Positions 50,567 to 60,355 are shown, counted from the stretch's first letter. The stretch: DNA of 62,435 nt from Prevotella sp. (GCA_023666145.1 JAMPCO010000004.1:1-62435), one strand, 5' to 3'. Numbers and translations: made by a program. The notes: generated by a model from the sequence alone, not told the origin.

Positions 50567-52048
50567 TTATAACACAGTGCTTTGCCTGCCTGCAAGATAA
50601 TTGTTGATAAAATTGACCAAATCATAGCCTAAATTGGCTTCCAAGGTGTGGATTAAGTCGTTAGCGGTCCCAAAACTGTAACAATGTTCGGTGGCAAATT
50701 GTGCCAGCGCTTGGTTCAGATTTTCGTAACCGACCATTTCACTGATGGCATAAAACAGCAACATTCCACGCGCGTAAGTGTTAATCGTGTATTCGGTTGG
50801 CATGCGGTAAGCAATCAAATCGTTGTACATTTGTCTGGTGTATTTCACTCCATATTCGTCCATGATGCTTTCAAACATTTGGATACTATTTTGGTTTTGG
50901 GTGGCAATACTTGCCAAGGTTTTGCCGTATTGGGGATGGGTTTCGTAAAACACAGCGGTACAGTATTCCGCTAAACCTTCGTCAATCCATGCGGTGCGTG
51001 TTTGGTCGTTGCCGACTAAACCGTACCACCATTGGTGGGCAATTTCGTGGATAATGACGGTCTGGTATTGTGCTTGATCCGTAACGTCCATGGAAATGTA
51101 AACCAAGGCTCCGTATTCCATGCCGCCTTGTAAGAAATCCGTTTGTACCACTGCCAATGTACTGTATGGATAATCGATGAAAGTGTTGGAAAAGTAGGCT
51201 AACGCGTTGCAAGCGGTATAAAGGCTGATGTCGGGAATTTCATCGTTTAAGTAATAGTAAGTTACGGTGGTGTCGCCGACTTGACGGGATAAGGTTTGAA
51301 AATCGCGTGACATGACAATGGCAAAGTCACGGAGGAGATAACCTTGGTAATGGTTCGTGCTAAGAGTGGTGCCACTGGTCGCGATGCGGTAGCCAGCCGG
51401 GGCGTCAATGGTGACGTCAAAATTGTACGGGTCGTTGTAAAAGGGGTCGCCGTTGTAACTGTACGGATAAGTTTGCCAGCCGTTATCGTAAACCACGGGA
51501 ATCGCGTAAAAATTGCCCAGATTGACCGCGTGGTCGGTGTAACCCAGGCGGTGTTTCACATTGGCTAACTTAATGGTGTATTGCAAATCAATGTCAATAC
51601 TTTCGCCGACTTTTAGACCCTGTGCCAACGGAACGGTAATCACAGTATTATCGCTACCGCCAAGGATGATGTGCGGAGTGGTAACTTTGGCGTAACCAGC
51701 GTCGAAACCATTGGGGTAGGCGCGGCTAACTTCACTGGGGGCGACGGCAGGATAGGCAGCGTCCTTTTGAAAAGCGTTCGCGTACAAATGAAATTTAATT
51801 TCAAATAAAGTTTGGGTGCTGCGGTTGATGTAATTGGTGGTTTGGTTGACCGCCAGTGTATGGCTGGTTTCACTGTAATTGCAGTCCAATTTAATTGTGC
51901 CATAATCTTGGGCAGTGGCTTGTAACGCGTGATAGGCATTTTTGCGGATGAGCATTTGGCCAATCCCAAAAGCGGTTAAGGCCACTACTGCGGTTAAAAC
52001 CGTCGCCAGGACAATGGCGAAAATCCGTCGTTTAATTTTTGCATTCAT
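50567..52048 (-). CDS. M1 family (gluzincin) metallopeptidase, membrane anchored
   Basis: GGMEY, HEIAHQWW, WIDEGLAEY, N-terminal TM helix. Confidence 0.88.
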   Translation of the reverse strand: MNAKIKRRIFAIVLATVLTAVVALTAFGIGQMLIRKNAYHALQATAQDYGTIKLDCNYSETSHTLAVNQTTNYINRSTQTLFEIKFHLYANAFQKDAAYPAVAPSEVSRAYPNGFDAGYAKVTTPHIILGGSDNTVITVPLAQGLKVGESIDIDLQYTIKLANVKHRLGYTDHAVNLGNFYAIPVVYDNGWQTYPYSYNGDPFYNDPYNFDVTIDAPAGYRIATSGTTLSTNHYQGYLLRDFAIVMSRDFQTLSRQVGDTTVTYYYLNDEIPDISLYTACNALAYFSNTFIDYPYSTLAVVQTDFLQGGMEYGALVYISMDVTDQAQYQTVIIHEIAHQWWYGLVGNDQTRTAWIDEGLAEYCTAVFYETHPQYGKTLASIATQNQNSIQMFESIMDEYGVKYTRQMYNDLIAYRMPTEYTINTYARGMLLFYAISEMVGYENLNQALAQFATEHCYSFGTANDLIHTLEANLGYDLVNFINNYLAGRQSTVL

Positions 52049-52083
52049 ATTTATGCATATTAAAGCGGCGATTTCAAAAAGAC

Positions 52084-52098
52084 TTTGACATTTCGACA
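52084..52098. promoter_or_regulatory. pyrG -35 element overlapping tandem candidate Spo0A boxes
   Basis: TTTGACA-T-TTCGACA (second is a perfect 0A box on the minus strand); TTGACA-18-TACACT promoter for pyrG. Confidence 0.4.
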
Positions 52099-52124
52099 AA
52101 TTTTGAATTACACTTAATTCCGTT

Positions 52125-53726
52125 ATGGCGAAATATATCTTTGTAACGGGTGGTGTGGTTTCTGGTTTAGGTAAAGGTATCACCGCGGCAAGTTTAGGAA
52201 AATTATTAAGACTGCGTGGTTATCAAGTTTCAGTCCAAAAAATTGATCCTTATTTGAACATTGACCCTGGGACGATGAGCCCTTACGAACACGGCGAAGT
52301 TTTTGTCACTGACGATGGTGCCGAGACCGATTTGGACATTGGACACTACGAACGTTTTTTGGATATCAATTGTTCCCGTGGGTCAGGGATTACTTCGGGA
52401 CAAATTTATTCGAGTATTTTGGCTAAAGAACGGCGGGGTGATTATTTGGGACATACTGTCCAGATTGTGCCGCACGTCACCAACGAAATTAAAGATTATA
52501 TGCGCGCCATTGGTGTTGGCCAAGATATTGTGATCATTGAAATTGGGGGTACGGTGGGCGATATGGAACAAGCCGTTTACATTGAAGCCATTCGCCAATT
52601 CCGTCATGAATTAGGGGCGGGAAACAGTGTGGCAGTGCACGTGACTTTGATTCCTTACATTGCATCCAGTGGCGAAATCAAAACCAAACCGACGCAAAAC
52701 AGCGTAAAAGATTTACAGCAACAAGGTGTTTTTGCGGATGTGTTGGTTTGTCGTACCACGGAAAGTATTGAACTTGACCAAGAACACCGCGATAAGATTG
52801 CGATGTTCTGCGGTTTGGATAACCAAGAGGATGTGATTCATAACCGTGATTGTCGCACAATATACGAAGTGCCGTTGATGTTTGCCAAACAAAATTTCGA
52901 TACGATTGTGTTGAAAAAATTAAATTTGAAACTGAACAAGTGCGATTTAACCACTTGGCGTCAAATGGTGGAAAAATTATGCGATGACAGTTTACCCGAA
53001 GTTACGGTGGCAATTGTGGGAAAATACGTTGCGGTGGCAGACGCTTACATCAGTGTGACCGAAGCGTTAAAGCACGCTGGTATCACGAATAATGTCCGTG
53101 TGCAAGTCAAATTGGTGCAAGCCGAAAATATTGAACGCGACGGGGCTGCGGCTTGGTTAAACGATGTACAGGGCATTATTGTTCCTGGTGGCTTTGGTAA
53201 CCGTGGTGTTGAAGGTAAAATTGCAACGGTGCAGTACGCACGCGAACATCAAATTCCGTTCTTGGGCATTTGCTTAGGGATGCAAACGACCGTTATGGAA
53301 TTTGCCCGTCACGTTTGCGGTTTACCCAAAGCACACAGTACGGAATTTGTCCCCGCTACCCAAGATCCTGTCATCCATTTGATTGATGAACAAAAAGGCA
53401 TTGAAACTAAAGGCGGAACGATGCGCTTAGGTTTGTACGATTGCCGTCTGAAAACGGGAACTTTGGCCGCCAAATTGTATGGCAAAACGATGATTCAAGA
53501 ACGTCACCGTCATCGTTACGAATTTAACAACGACTATCGTGCACAATTGGAACAGGCTGGCTTGGTCGTCAGCGGCGTCAACCCGCAGTCCGATTTGGTG
53601 GAAATTGTGGAATTGCCGCATCATCCATATTTTATTGCTTGCCAATTTCATCCTGAATTGCTTTCGCGACCACAACGTCCGCACCCGTTATTCCACGGCT
53701 TAATTGCCGCAATTGTGAAAAAATAA
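52125..53726 (+). CDS. pyrG: CTP synthase
   Basis: KYIFVTGGVVSGLGKG, GICLGMQ, ERHRHRYE, QFHPE. Confidence 0.98.
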   Translation: MAKYIFVTGGVVSGLGKGITAASLGKLLRLRGYQVSVQKIDPYLNIDPGTMSPYEHGEVFVTDDGAETDLDIGHYERFLDINCSRGSGITSGQIYSSILAKERRGDYLGHTVQIVPHVTNEIKDYMRAIGVGQDIVIIEIGGTVGDMEQAVYIEAIRQFRHELGAGNSVAVHVTLIPYIASSGEIKTKPTQNSVKDLQQQGVFADVLVCRTTESIELDQEHRDKIAMFCGLDNQEDVIHNRDCRTIYEVPLMFAKQNFDTIVLKKLNLKLNKCDLTTWRQMVEKLCDDSLPEVTVAIVGKYVAVADAYISVTEALKHAGITNNVRVQVKLVQAENIERDGAAAWLNDVQGIIVPGGFGNRGVEGKIATVQYAREHQIPFLGICLGMQTTVMEFARHVCGLPKAHSTEFVPATQDPVIHLIDEQKGIETKGGTMRLGLYDCRLKTGTLAAKLYGKTMIQERHRHRYEFNNDYRAQLEQAGLVVSGVNPQSDLVEIVELPHHPYFIACQFHPELLSRPQRPHPLFHGLIAAIVKK

Positions 53727-53746
53727 ATTGATGATATTGACAAATA

Positions 53747-53787
53747 AAAAAACGATGCAAGCCGAGGGCTAACTTGCATCGTTTTTC
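53747..53787. terminator. Bidirectional terminator between pyrG and the spo0A-like gene
   Basis: AAAAACGATGCAAG...CTTGCATCGTTTTT inverted repeat. Confidence 0.85.
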
Positions 53788-53803
53788 TCTAAGTAGTGAC
53801 AGG

Positions 53804-54322
53804 TTATTCGTGACAATCGTCGAGCAGTAATTTATCTGCTAACAAAGCAATGAATTCACCATTTGTCGGGCGGTCATTTTTGGTAAAGACCTGACTGCCA
53901 AAAATATTATTGATGTTATCAATCTTGCCGCGGTTCCAGCAGACTTCAATCGCGTGACGAATCGCACGTTCGACTTTGCTGGGTGTTGTATTGTATTCCT
54001 TTGCAACATCAGGGTAGAGGCGTTTGGTAATCGCCGAAATAATCCCTGTGTCTTTGACGCACATTTTAATCGCCGTCCTTAAGTACTGATAACCTTTGAT
54101 GTGTGGCGGTATGCCAATCGACACAAAGATTTTTGAAATTTGTTTATCCATTGATGGTATCTCCTCCGTTTTTGTTTTTTGAAAGAATTCATTGAGAACA
54201 GCCAATGATTGTAATTCGTGTGATTGAACCATCGTCAGCAGTACCTTTTGTAAGTCTTCGCGCGAAAGCAGTGCAATCGCTGATTCTACCTCTACTTGTG
54301 AAAATCTATTGATGTCGCTCAT
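53804..54322 (-). CDS. Spo0A C-terminal DNA-binding domain protein lacking the receiver domain
   Basis: IGIPPHIKGYQYLR.AI, ITKRLYPDVA, TTPSKVERAIRHAIEV, RPTNGEFIA; only ~55 helical residues upstream; SD GGGGGA. Confidence 0.85.
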   Translation of the reverse strand: MSDINRFSQVEVESAIALLSREDLQKVLLTMVQSHELQSLAVLNEFFQKTKTEEIPSMDKQISKIFVSIGIPPHIKGYQYLRTAIKMCVKDTGIISAITKRLYPDVAKEYNTTPSKVERAIRHAIEVCWNRGKIDNINNIFGSQVFTKNDRPTNGEFIALLADKLLLDDCHE

Positions 54323-54486
54323 GAAATCATCTTCCCCCATTTCATCCGTCGATTTACGACGTATTAAGTCACATTTTGTCAAATAAGCGCGAATTGCGCA
54401 ACAAGACCCATTATACATTTTTATACATTTGCTTTGGTAATTGTTGTTGACATTATCACTAAATGGGAATATATATATGTACAATT

Positions 54487-55086
54487 ATGGGAGAAACCTA
54501 TATTAAATGTCCAAAGTGCGATTTGAACTATTGCACGAAAAAAGAAAAAATTTGCGCCAGTTGCAAACAAAAAATGAAAACCATTTCTAATAATTTGTTG
54601 GACGTGGGGAAAGTCGCGGAACTGGGTTTATGCCCAATCTGCAAAATTAACTATATTACCGAAGACGAAACCGTTTGTTCGACTTGTTACGCGGAAACCG
54701 ATTTAAGCGACGAAGAAATTTCCGCTATGTACGGCGATAAGCATTCGTCCGATGAGGATGACGATGAAGAGAACACCAACGATGATACCGTCGACGATGA
54801 TGATTTGACGCCCGTCGACGACGACGATTTAGAATTATTGAATGTGGCGGGAATCAGCGATGATGACAATTTGGACGACGATGAAGTAAACGATGATTTA
54901 GGTGACCCTTTAGATGATTTGGACGATGACGAAGAATTAAATGCAGAATTGGCGTTTGACGATGAAGAAGATGACGATGTCAACGACGACGAAGAAGACG
55001 ATTTTAACGATGACGAAGATGCCCCGAAAAAATCTGCGCGCAAAACGCCGAAAACTGCCAATAAACCGCGCACGAAAAAAGCGTAA
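54487..55086 (+). CDS. Cys-rich (double Zn-ribbon-like) protein with Asp/Glu tract and basic tail
   Basis: CPKC..NY...CASC and CPIC..NY...CSTC repeats; ~95-residue D/E-rich tract; KKSARKTPK tail. Confidence 0.7.
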   Translation: MGETYIKCPKCDLNYCTKKEKICASCKQKMKTISNNLLDVGKVAELGLCPICKINYITEDETVCSTCYAETDLSDEEISAMYGDKHSSDEDDDEENTNDDTVDDDDLTPVDDDDLELLNVAGISDDDNLDDDEVNDDLGDPLDDLDDDEELNAELAFDDEEDDDVNDDEEDDFNDDEDAPKKSARKTPKTANKPRTKKA

Positions 55087-55104
55087 AGACGAACACGTGA
55101 TAAT

Positions 55105-55137
55105 AAAAAAAGTGTCACAGTAATGTGACACTTTTTC
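55105..55137. terminator. Bidirectional terminator between the acidic-protein gene and tRNA-Asn
   Basis: AAAAAGTGTCACA-gtaa-TGTGACACTTTTT. Confidence 0.88.
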
Positions 55138-55138
55138 T

Positions 55139-55213
55139 TGGCGCTCTGGGTAGGGTTCGAACCTACGACCGATCGGTTAACAGCCGATTGCTCTGCCGCT
55201 GAGCTACCAGAGC
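55139..55213 (-). tRNA. tRNA-Asn(GTT)
   Basis: Reverse-strand cloverleaf, anticodon arm ATCGG-CTGTTAA-CCGAT, CCA end. Confidence 0.96.
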
Positions 55214-55286
55214 AGTAGCACCATCATTATAATAACGAATTGATTGGGGTTTGTCAAATTGTAAATTTTCGGTTACAATGTGTTCC

Positions 55287-56648
55287 ATGGAACAAATAAC
55301 CATTCAAGCGTTGAAAAATAAAAAGGATTCTTACATTGGTAAAACTGTGCAAGTAACTGGCTGGGTGAAAAATTTTCGTGAATCCAAAACCACGTCTTTT
55401 TTAGAAATCAACGACGGCAGTACTTTCAAATCTTTACAAATTGTGATCCAAAAAGAAGGGAACACCAAAATCAATCCCACGACCTTAAACGATGTGATGC
55501 ATTTAGGGGTGGCCGTGGTGGTGAGCGGGGTGGTGGTTTCGGCTTATCACAATGCGGACGATGCCGAAATTAACGCGGAAAAAATGAACATCATCGGCAA
55601 TTGTGCCCCTGATTATCCCATCCAAAAGAAAAAGACCAGTTTGGAATTTTTACGCACAATTCCTCATTTGCGCGTGCGTACCAACACGTTTATGGCGATG
55701 TTGCGCGTGCGAAATGCGTTATCGATCGCTATTCATAATTTTTTCCAAGAACGAGGTTACTTCTACGTCCACACGCCGTTAATTACGGGTGGCGATGCCG
55801 AAGGCGCGGGCGAATCTTTCCAAGTTATCGCGCCCGATTACCAAGGGGATTTTTTTGGTGCACCTGCCAGTTTAACCGTGTCAGGACAATTGGAAGCGGA
55901 AGAGGCCGCCATGGCTTTGGGACGGGTCTACACGTTTGGCCCCACTTTCCGTGCGGAAAATTCGAACACGACACGCCACGTTGCCGAATTTTGGATGATT
56001 GAAGCCGAAGCCGCTTTTACCGACCTAAACGGGATTATTGATGTGGCACGGGACATGATTAAATTTATTATCCGTGAGGTGTTAGCCAAATGTCCTGATG
56101 AAATGGCGTTCTTCGATAGTTTTTACGAAAACGGTTTAATTGAAAAATTGCACCAAGTCGCAGACAATGCTTTTGCGCAAGTTGACTACACCGAAGCCAT
56201 TGAGATTTTACAAAAGTCGGGTAAGACCTTCCATTATCCCGTGCAGTGGGGCGTCGATTTACAAACCGAACACGAACGTTTCTTGACCGATGAATATTTC
56301 CAAAAACCAGTCTTTGTCGTTAATTATCCGCGTGAAGTTAAAGCGTTTTATATGAAACAAAACGCCGACGGAAAAACTGTGGCAGCCACCGATTTGTTGG
56401 TACCTGGCGTGGGTGAGATTATTGGTTGCAGCGAACGTGAAGCCGATTACGACAAATTGGTTACCGCCATGCAAGCCCGCCAAATGAACCTGGAGAATTA
56501 CCACAATTATTTGGATTTACGTCATTTTGGTTCGGTGCCGCACAGTGGTTTCGGTTTGGGCTTGGAACGGATGCTGATGTATTTGACGGGCATTACCAAT
56601 ATTCGGGATACTCAGTTACATCCACGCGCCGTGGGCGAATTACGTTAA
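55287..56648 (+). CDS. asnS: Asparagine--tRNA ligase
   Basis: INDGS, LTVSGQLEAE, FGPTFRAENSNT, EFWMIE, WGVDLQTEHER, PHSGFGLGLER. Confidence 0.96.
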   Translation: MEQITIQALKNKKDSYIGKTVQVTGWVKNFRESKTTSFLEINDGSTFKSLQIVIQKEGNTKINPTTLNDVMHLGVAVVVSGVVVSAYHNADDAEINAEKMNIIGNCAPDYPIQKKKTSLEFLRTIPHLRVRTNTFMAMLRVRNALSIAIHNFFQERGYFYVHTPLITGGDAEGAGESFQVIAPDYQGDFFGAPASLTVSGQLEAEEAAMALGRVYTFGPTFRAENSNTTRHVAEFWMIEAEAAFTDLNGIIDVARDMIKFIIREVLAKCPDEMAFFDSFYENGLIEKLHQVADNAFAQVDYTEAIEILQKSGKTFHYPVQWGVDLQTEHERFLTDEYFQKPVFVVNYPREVKAFYMKQNADGKTVAATDLLVPGVGEIIGCSEREADYDKLVTAMQARQMNLENYHNYLDLRHFGSVPHSGFGLGLERMLMYLTGITNIRDTQLHPRAVGELR

Positions 56649-56663
56649 GGAGAATTAAAGTAC

Positions 56664-57926
56664 ATGAAACGGACTTTCATCAAAGACATCAAAGCGGGCA
56701 GCAAAGTTACGGTTGCGGGCTTCGTGGAAAATTTTCGCAACAAAAGTGCGATGCAATTTATTGTGTTACGTGACATTACAGGCAAAGTGCAGATTACAGT
56801 GGAAAAAGCCAAATTACCAGCAATTGCCCAAATCATTGACGGCATGACGGTGGAAAGTGTTTTGACAGTGACAGGGACTGCGGTCAAGAACGATTACGTG
56901 AAATTGGGTGGCTTGGAAATTATCCCCGAAAGTGTCGTGGTGGACAGTGTGGCTGCGGCAGTGTTGCCGATTGACAAAGATAGCGGTTTGGATTTGCGGT
57001 TAGACTACCGTTGGTTAGATTTACGCGACCCAACCAAAGCCCAAATTTTCAAAGTGCAAACGGCGTTGGAACGTTACATGGTGGACTGGTTGGTTGATCA
57101 TGGTTTCATCAACATTCATACTCCCAAAATTACAGCGCTTTCCAGTGAAGGTGGTAGTGAAGTTTTTACTATCACAAATTATTTTGGCAGTGCGGCTTAT
57201 TTGACGCAGAGTCCGCAATTATATAAACAAATGAGCATGATGGCAGGCTTTGACCGCACATTTGAAATTGGTGCATGTTACCGTGCGGAAAGCAGTTTTA
57301 CTTCACGTCATGCGACGGAATTTACTGCATTGGACATCGAGATGTCACATATTGACAGTCACCATGACGTCATGGATTTGGAAGAAGCCTTGTTGACCGA
57401 TGTCCTGACAAAATTACAGCAACAGTTTGGCGCTTTGGTGACAGCGCCAACCGTAAAATTCCCACGTTTAACTTTGCAGGAAGTTTACCGCATCTTACGC
57501 GACGAAAAACATTACACCATGGCGAAAGCGGCACAGGGCGACATTGACCCTGACGGTGAACGTTTAATTGGCGAATACGTCCAAGAAAAGTTTGGTTCGG
57601 ATTTTGTGTTCATTACGGATTATCCACACGCCGCCCGCGCCTTCTACACCATGGATGACCGTTCGTTTGATTTGTTGTACAAAGGGGTAGAGATTACCAG
57701 TGGAGCACAACGCGAACACCGTTACGAACAATTAAAACAAAATTTGGTTGACAAAGGCATTGACCCCAAGCATATGCAAGAGTATTTAGAGTTTTTCCGT
57801 TATGGCGCGCCGTCGCATGGTGGCTTTGCAATTGGATTAGCCCGTTTAATGGCGCGGATGTTGGATTTGCCAACCGTAAAAGAAAGTAGTTTCATTTTCC
57901 GTGGACCGACTCGTTTGAAACCATAA
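56664..57926 (+). CDS. aspS: Archaeal/eukaryote-type aspartate--tRNA ligase (no GAD insertion)
   Basis: RLDYRWLDLR, YLTQSPQLYKQ, RAESSFTSRH, EITSGAQREH, YGAPSHGGFAIG; 420 aa. Confidence 0.88.
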   Translation: MKRTFIKDIKAGSKVTVAGFVENFRNKSAMQFIVLRDITGKVQITVEKAKLPAIAQIIDGMTVESVLTVTGTAVKNDYVKLGGLEIIPESVVVDSVAAAVLPIDKDSGLDLRLDYRWLDLRDPTKAQIFKVQTALERYMVDWLVDHGFINIHTPKITALSSEGGSEVFTITNYFGSAAYLTQSPQLYKQMSMMAGFDRTFEIGACYRAESSFTSRHATEFTALDIEMSHIDSHHDVMDLEEALLTDVLTKLQQQFGALVTAPTVKFPRLTLQEVYRILRDEKHYTMAKAAQGDIDPDGERLIGEYVQEKFGSDFVFITDYPHAARAFYTMDDRSFDLLYKGVEITSGAQREHRYEQLKQNLVDKGIDPKHMQEYLEFFRYGAPSHGGFAIGLARLMARMLDLPTVKESSFIFRGPTRLKP

Positions 57927-57987
57927 TTTGCAATTGTTTACGGGAAATTGTGATTGCGAAACCATGAGATTTGTGGTACCATGTCAT

Positions 57988-58992
57988 ATGGTAACAAACA
58001 ATGTACGCAGTGCTGAAATGGTCTATGCTTGGAACCATTCGGCGGAGGTTGTGAACAATCCGAATGTTAAACGTAACTACGATTTGAACCAACACGTGAT
58101 GAATTCCAAGTTACCAAACAAAAATGAAATTTTGGTCAATTTAACAGGCAAACGCAAAACCATGTTGGAAGGTGCGGTTTTTATGTTAAATAATCAAGCC
58201 ATGCCGTTTCCTGATTTAGAGCGTGCTTTGTCATTATTAAACACCGCTAATAATGCATATAGTTTGGGGGCAGTGGAGGCGGCGTTACAAACACAAATTG
58301 ATACGATTCGCAATACGAACACCCCAGGCTTGACGGCTGAAAACAAAACGCTTTGTTTGTTTACTTTGCAAAACATGATTTTCGCACTCAGCGATTACCA
58401 ATTGAAAAACGGCAAAGAGAACGATTATGTCCCGAAAATTTTACAAGACCAATATCAAATGTTATTGAAAGGTTCATCTTTTAATTTGGATTGGGATGGC
58501 TTGTATGACAGTGCTTATTCGACCCCAGTTCACGATGGGTCTAACCCCACGTTGGCAAATTGGAAGTTTTTGGACAATGATAAAATTAAAAGCAATATGG
58601 AGAATTTGGCGCATTACCAAGCAGTGCATGATGAAACTTACTTGAACGAAATGCGTCCGACCAAAGCCGAACCACAAAATGAAAATCGTTTTGATGGCCC
58701 TTCATCGTGGGGTACAGTGGAATTAAACGCAACCACGGACGCCGAAGTTAATCGTATTTTGAATTGTGCTATGCACGAATTTAATGCCAAAAATTTGAAA
58801 GACAATTTGCCCGATTTCTTTAACTTTGTGAAGGAGTCGTTGGTATCGCTAAGTAACAAACCCGAAGATGTTAATTACCGTGTCTTACACGAAGTTGTCG
58901 TGTCAGCAATGCACAAAATTGTTAATCTTGGTCATGAGCAACAAAAGAAAAGCATGATGGAACAACAAGCAACAGAGGAGAGGTCATTATAA
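57988..58992 (+). CDS. Orphan hypothetical protein, module A gene 1
   Basis: TTGCGA-17-TACCAT ends 5 nt before ATG 57988; C-terminal half resembles the ORF at 61989-62435. Confidence 0.65.
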   Translation: MVTNNVRSAEMVYAWNHSAEVVNNPNVKRNYDLNQHVMNSKLPNKNEILVNLTGKRKTMLEGAVFMLNNQAMPFPDLERALSLLNTANNAYSLGAVEAALQTQIDTIRNTNTPGLTAENKTLCLFTLQNMIFALSDYQLKNGKENDYVPKILQDQYQMLLKGSSFNLDWDGLYDSAYSTPVHDGSNPTLANWKFLDNDKIKSNMENLAHYQAVHDETYLNEMRPTKAEPQNENRFDGPSSWGTVELNATTDAEVNRILNCAMHEFNAKNLKDNLPDFFNFVKESLVSLSNKPEDVNYRVLHEVVVSAMHKIVNLGHEQQKKSMMEQQATEERSL

Positions 58993-59435
58993 TGGAACCA
59001 AATCAGCAAGAACAAACGGAAAAATTTGATTTAATGTCTTTCGACTTAGGCGAAGCCGGTGGTGGTAAGCAAGTGATTTTTGCGCACAAGGCCATCAGTG
59101 CCACCGAACATTATGTTTTTACCTTGGGAAATCCGCCGAAAAACGCGCAGAATGCGGCTGACCAACCAGCGGCGCCAACCAACGAGAACGCAACCAAAGG
59201 TGCGCTGGGGAAACAGTTATTTTCCAATTTCCGTGACCGCTTAGCCAATCTGAAAAACACTAATAAACCAACCACCGTGGAAGAAAATCCACTTAACCCC
59301 AAATTACGTTGTTTTAAATTATCTTTGCAAGAAGGTAAAAAATATTTGGTGGAAGAGTACACCACACCACAAAGTGTTGCAAACATCGCACGGCTCTTCG
59401 GGGCTGGTCAAACCGATCCTGAAATCACGCGCTGA
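58992..59435 (+). CDS. Orphan hypothetical protein, module A gene 2
   Basis: SD GAGGAG, TAATG coupling; paralog of 61664-61975. Confidence 0.7.
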   Translation: MEPNQQEQTEKFDLMSFDLGEAGGGKQVIFAHKAISATEHYVFTLGNPPKNAQNAADQPAAPTNENATKGALGKQLFSNFRDRLANLKNTNKPTTVEENPLNPKLRCFKLSLQEGKKYLVEEYTTPQSVANIARLFGAGQTDPEITR

Positions 59436-59440
59436 AATAA

Positions 59441-60313
59441 TCAGTAATTACAAATACAGGTTCCAAAGCCCAAAGCGCCAGGACCAGTGTGGCAACCAAT
59501 TGCTAAACACAAAGGGTCGCTGTATAAGATTCTCATGTTCGGAAATTCCGCGGCAATTTCATCCTGAAATTTGCGAATTTCGGTATCTGGCAGAGCCGTG
59601 TAGGCAATCAATAAGACCATTTTACCTTGTTCGTAAGGCACCTTAAATTCGCTTTGCAGTTCGGCTTTGATTTTCGCCATCATTTTCTTTTTGGCTTGGG
59701 GCATGGTTAACGCAATCGCGGTCTTGTCAAAGTTTTGACCGCGCGTATACAAAATTGGCTTTAATTTTAACATATCACCCAGCATGGCGGCGGCAGGAGT
59801 AATACGACCACCTTTGCGTAAATATTTCAAAGTGTTTAACGTAATGTAAATCGAAAATTGGTGTTTGGTCTTTTGTAAGTAATCCACGATTTCGGCGACG
59901 GGTTTACCCTGTTCGGCCATTTTCGCGGCTTCATAAACACTGATTTTCAGCGGGGCAGAAATCCGTAAATTATCTACGACCGTAACACGTCCTGCAAATT
60001 GTTTGGCGTATTCAATCGCGTTTTGGCATGACCCGCTTAAACCGCTGGTAATCGGAATGTAAATAATCTGTTCATATTCTTGCAGTAATTGATGCCAAAT
60101 TTTTTCCAATGTAAAGCGTGCCGGTTGGGAAGTGCTGATGCTGTCGGTTTTGGCAATCATGTCAAAAAATTTGGGTGCGGTTATGGTCACATCTTCCAAG
60201 TATTCTTTGGCGTCGATGGTAAAAGGGATGGGTACAACAACAATCCCAGCGGCTTTGGCTTCGGCTTGTGTAATTCCCGAACTGGAATCTGTGACCACAA
60301 TAATTCGTTTCAT
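59441..60313 (-). CDS. DegV family fatty-acid-binding protein (FakB-like)
   Basis: VTDSS, STSQP, SGLSGS, L.YLRKGGRI, KPIL, IGCHTGPGALG. Confidence 0.92.
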   Translation of the reverse strand: MKRIIVVTDSSSGITQAEAKAAGIVVVPIPFTIDAKEYLEDVTITAPKFFDMIAKTDSISTSQPARFTLEKIWHQLLQEYEQIIYIPITSGLSGSCQNAIEYAKQFAGRVTVVDNLRISAPLKISVYEAAKMAEQGKPVAEIVDYLQKTKHQFSIYITLNTLKYLRKGGRITPAAAMLGDMLKLKPILYTRGQNFDKTAIALTMPQAKKKMMAKIKAELQSEFKVPYEQGKMVLLIAYTALPDTEIRKFQDEIAAEFPNMRILYSDPLCLAIGCHTGPGALGFGTCICNY

Positions 60314-60355
60314 ATTTCTCCTCACGCTCTTTTAACGGCTTCTTTGGGGGTTCAG

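Noticed and set aside
54760-55020. GAY-rich repeats resembling a repeat array
   Set aside because: Explained by Asp/Glu codons; no constant repeat-spacer structure. No CRISPR array seen in the window.
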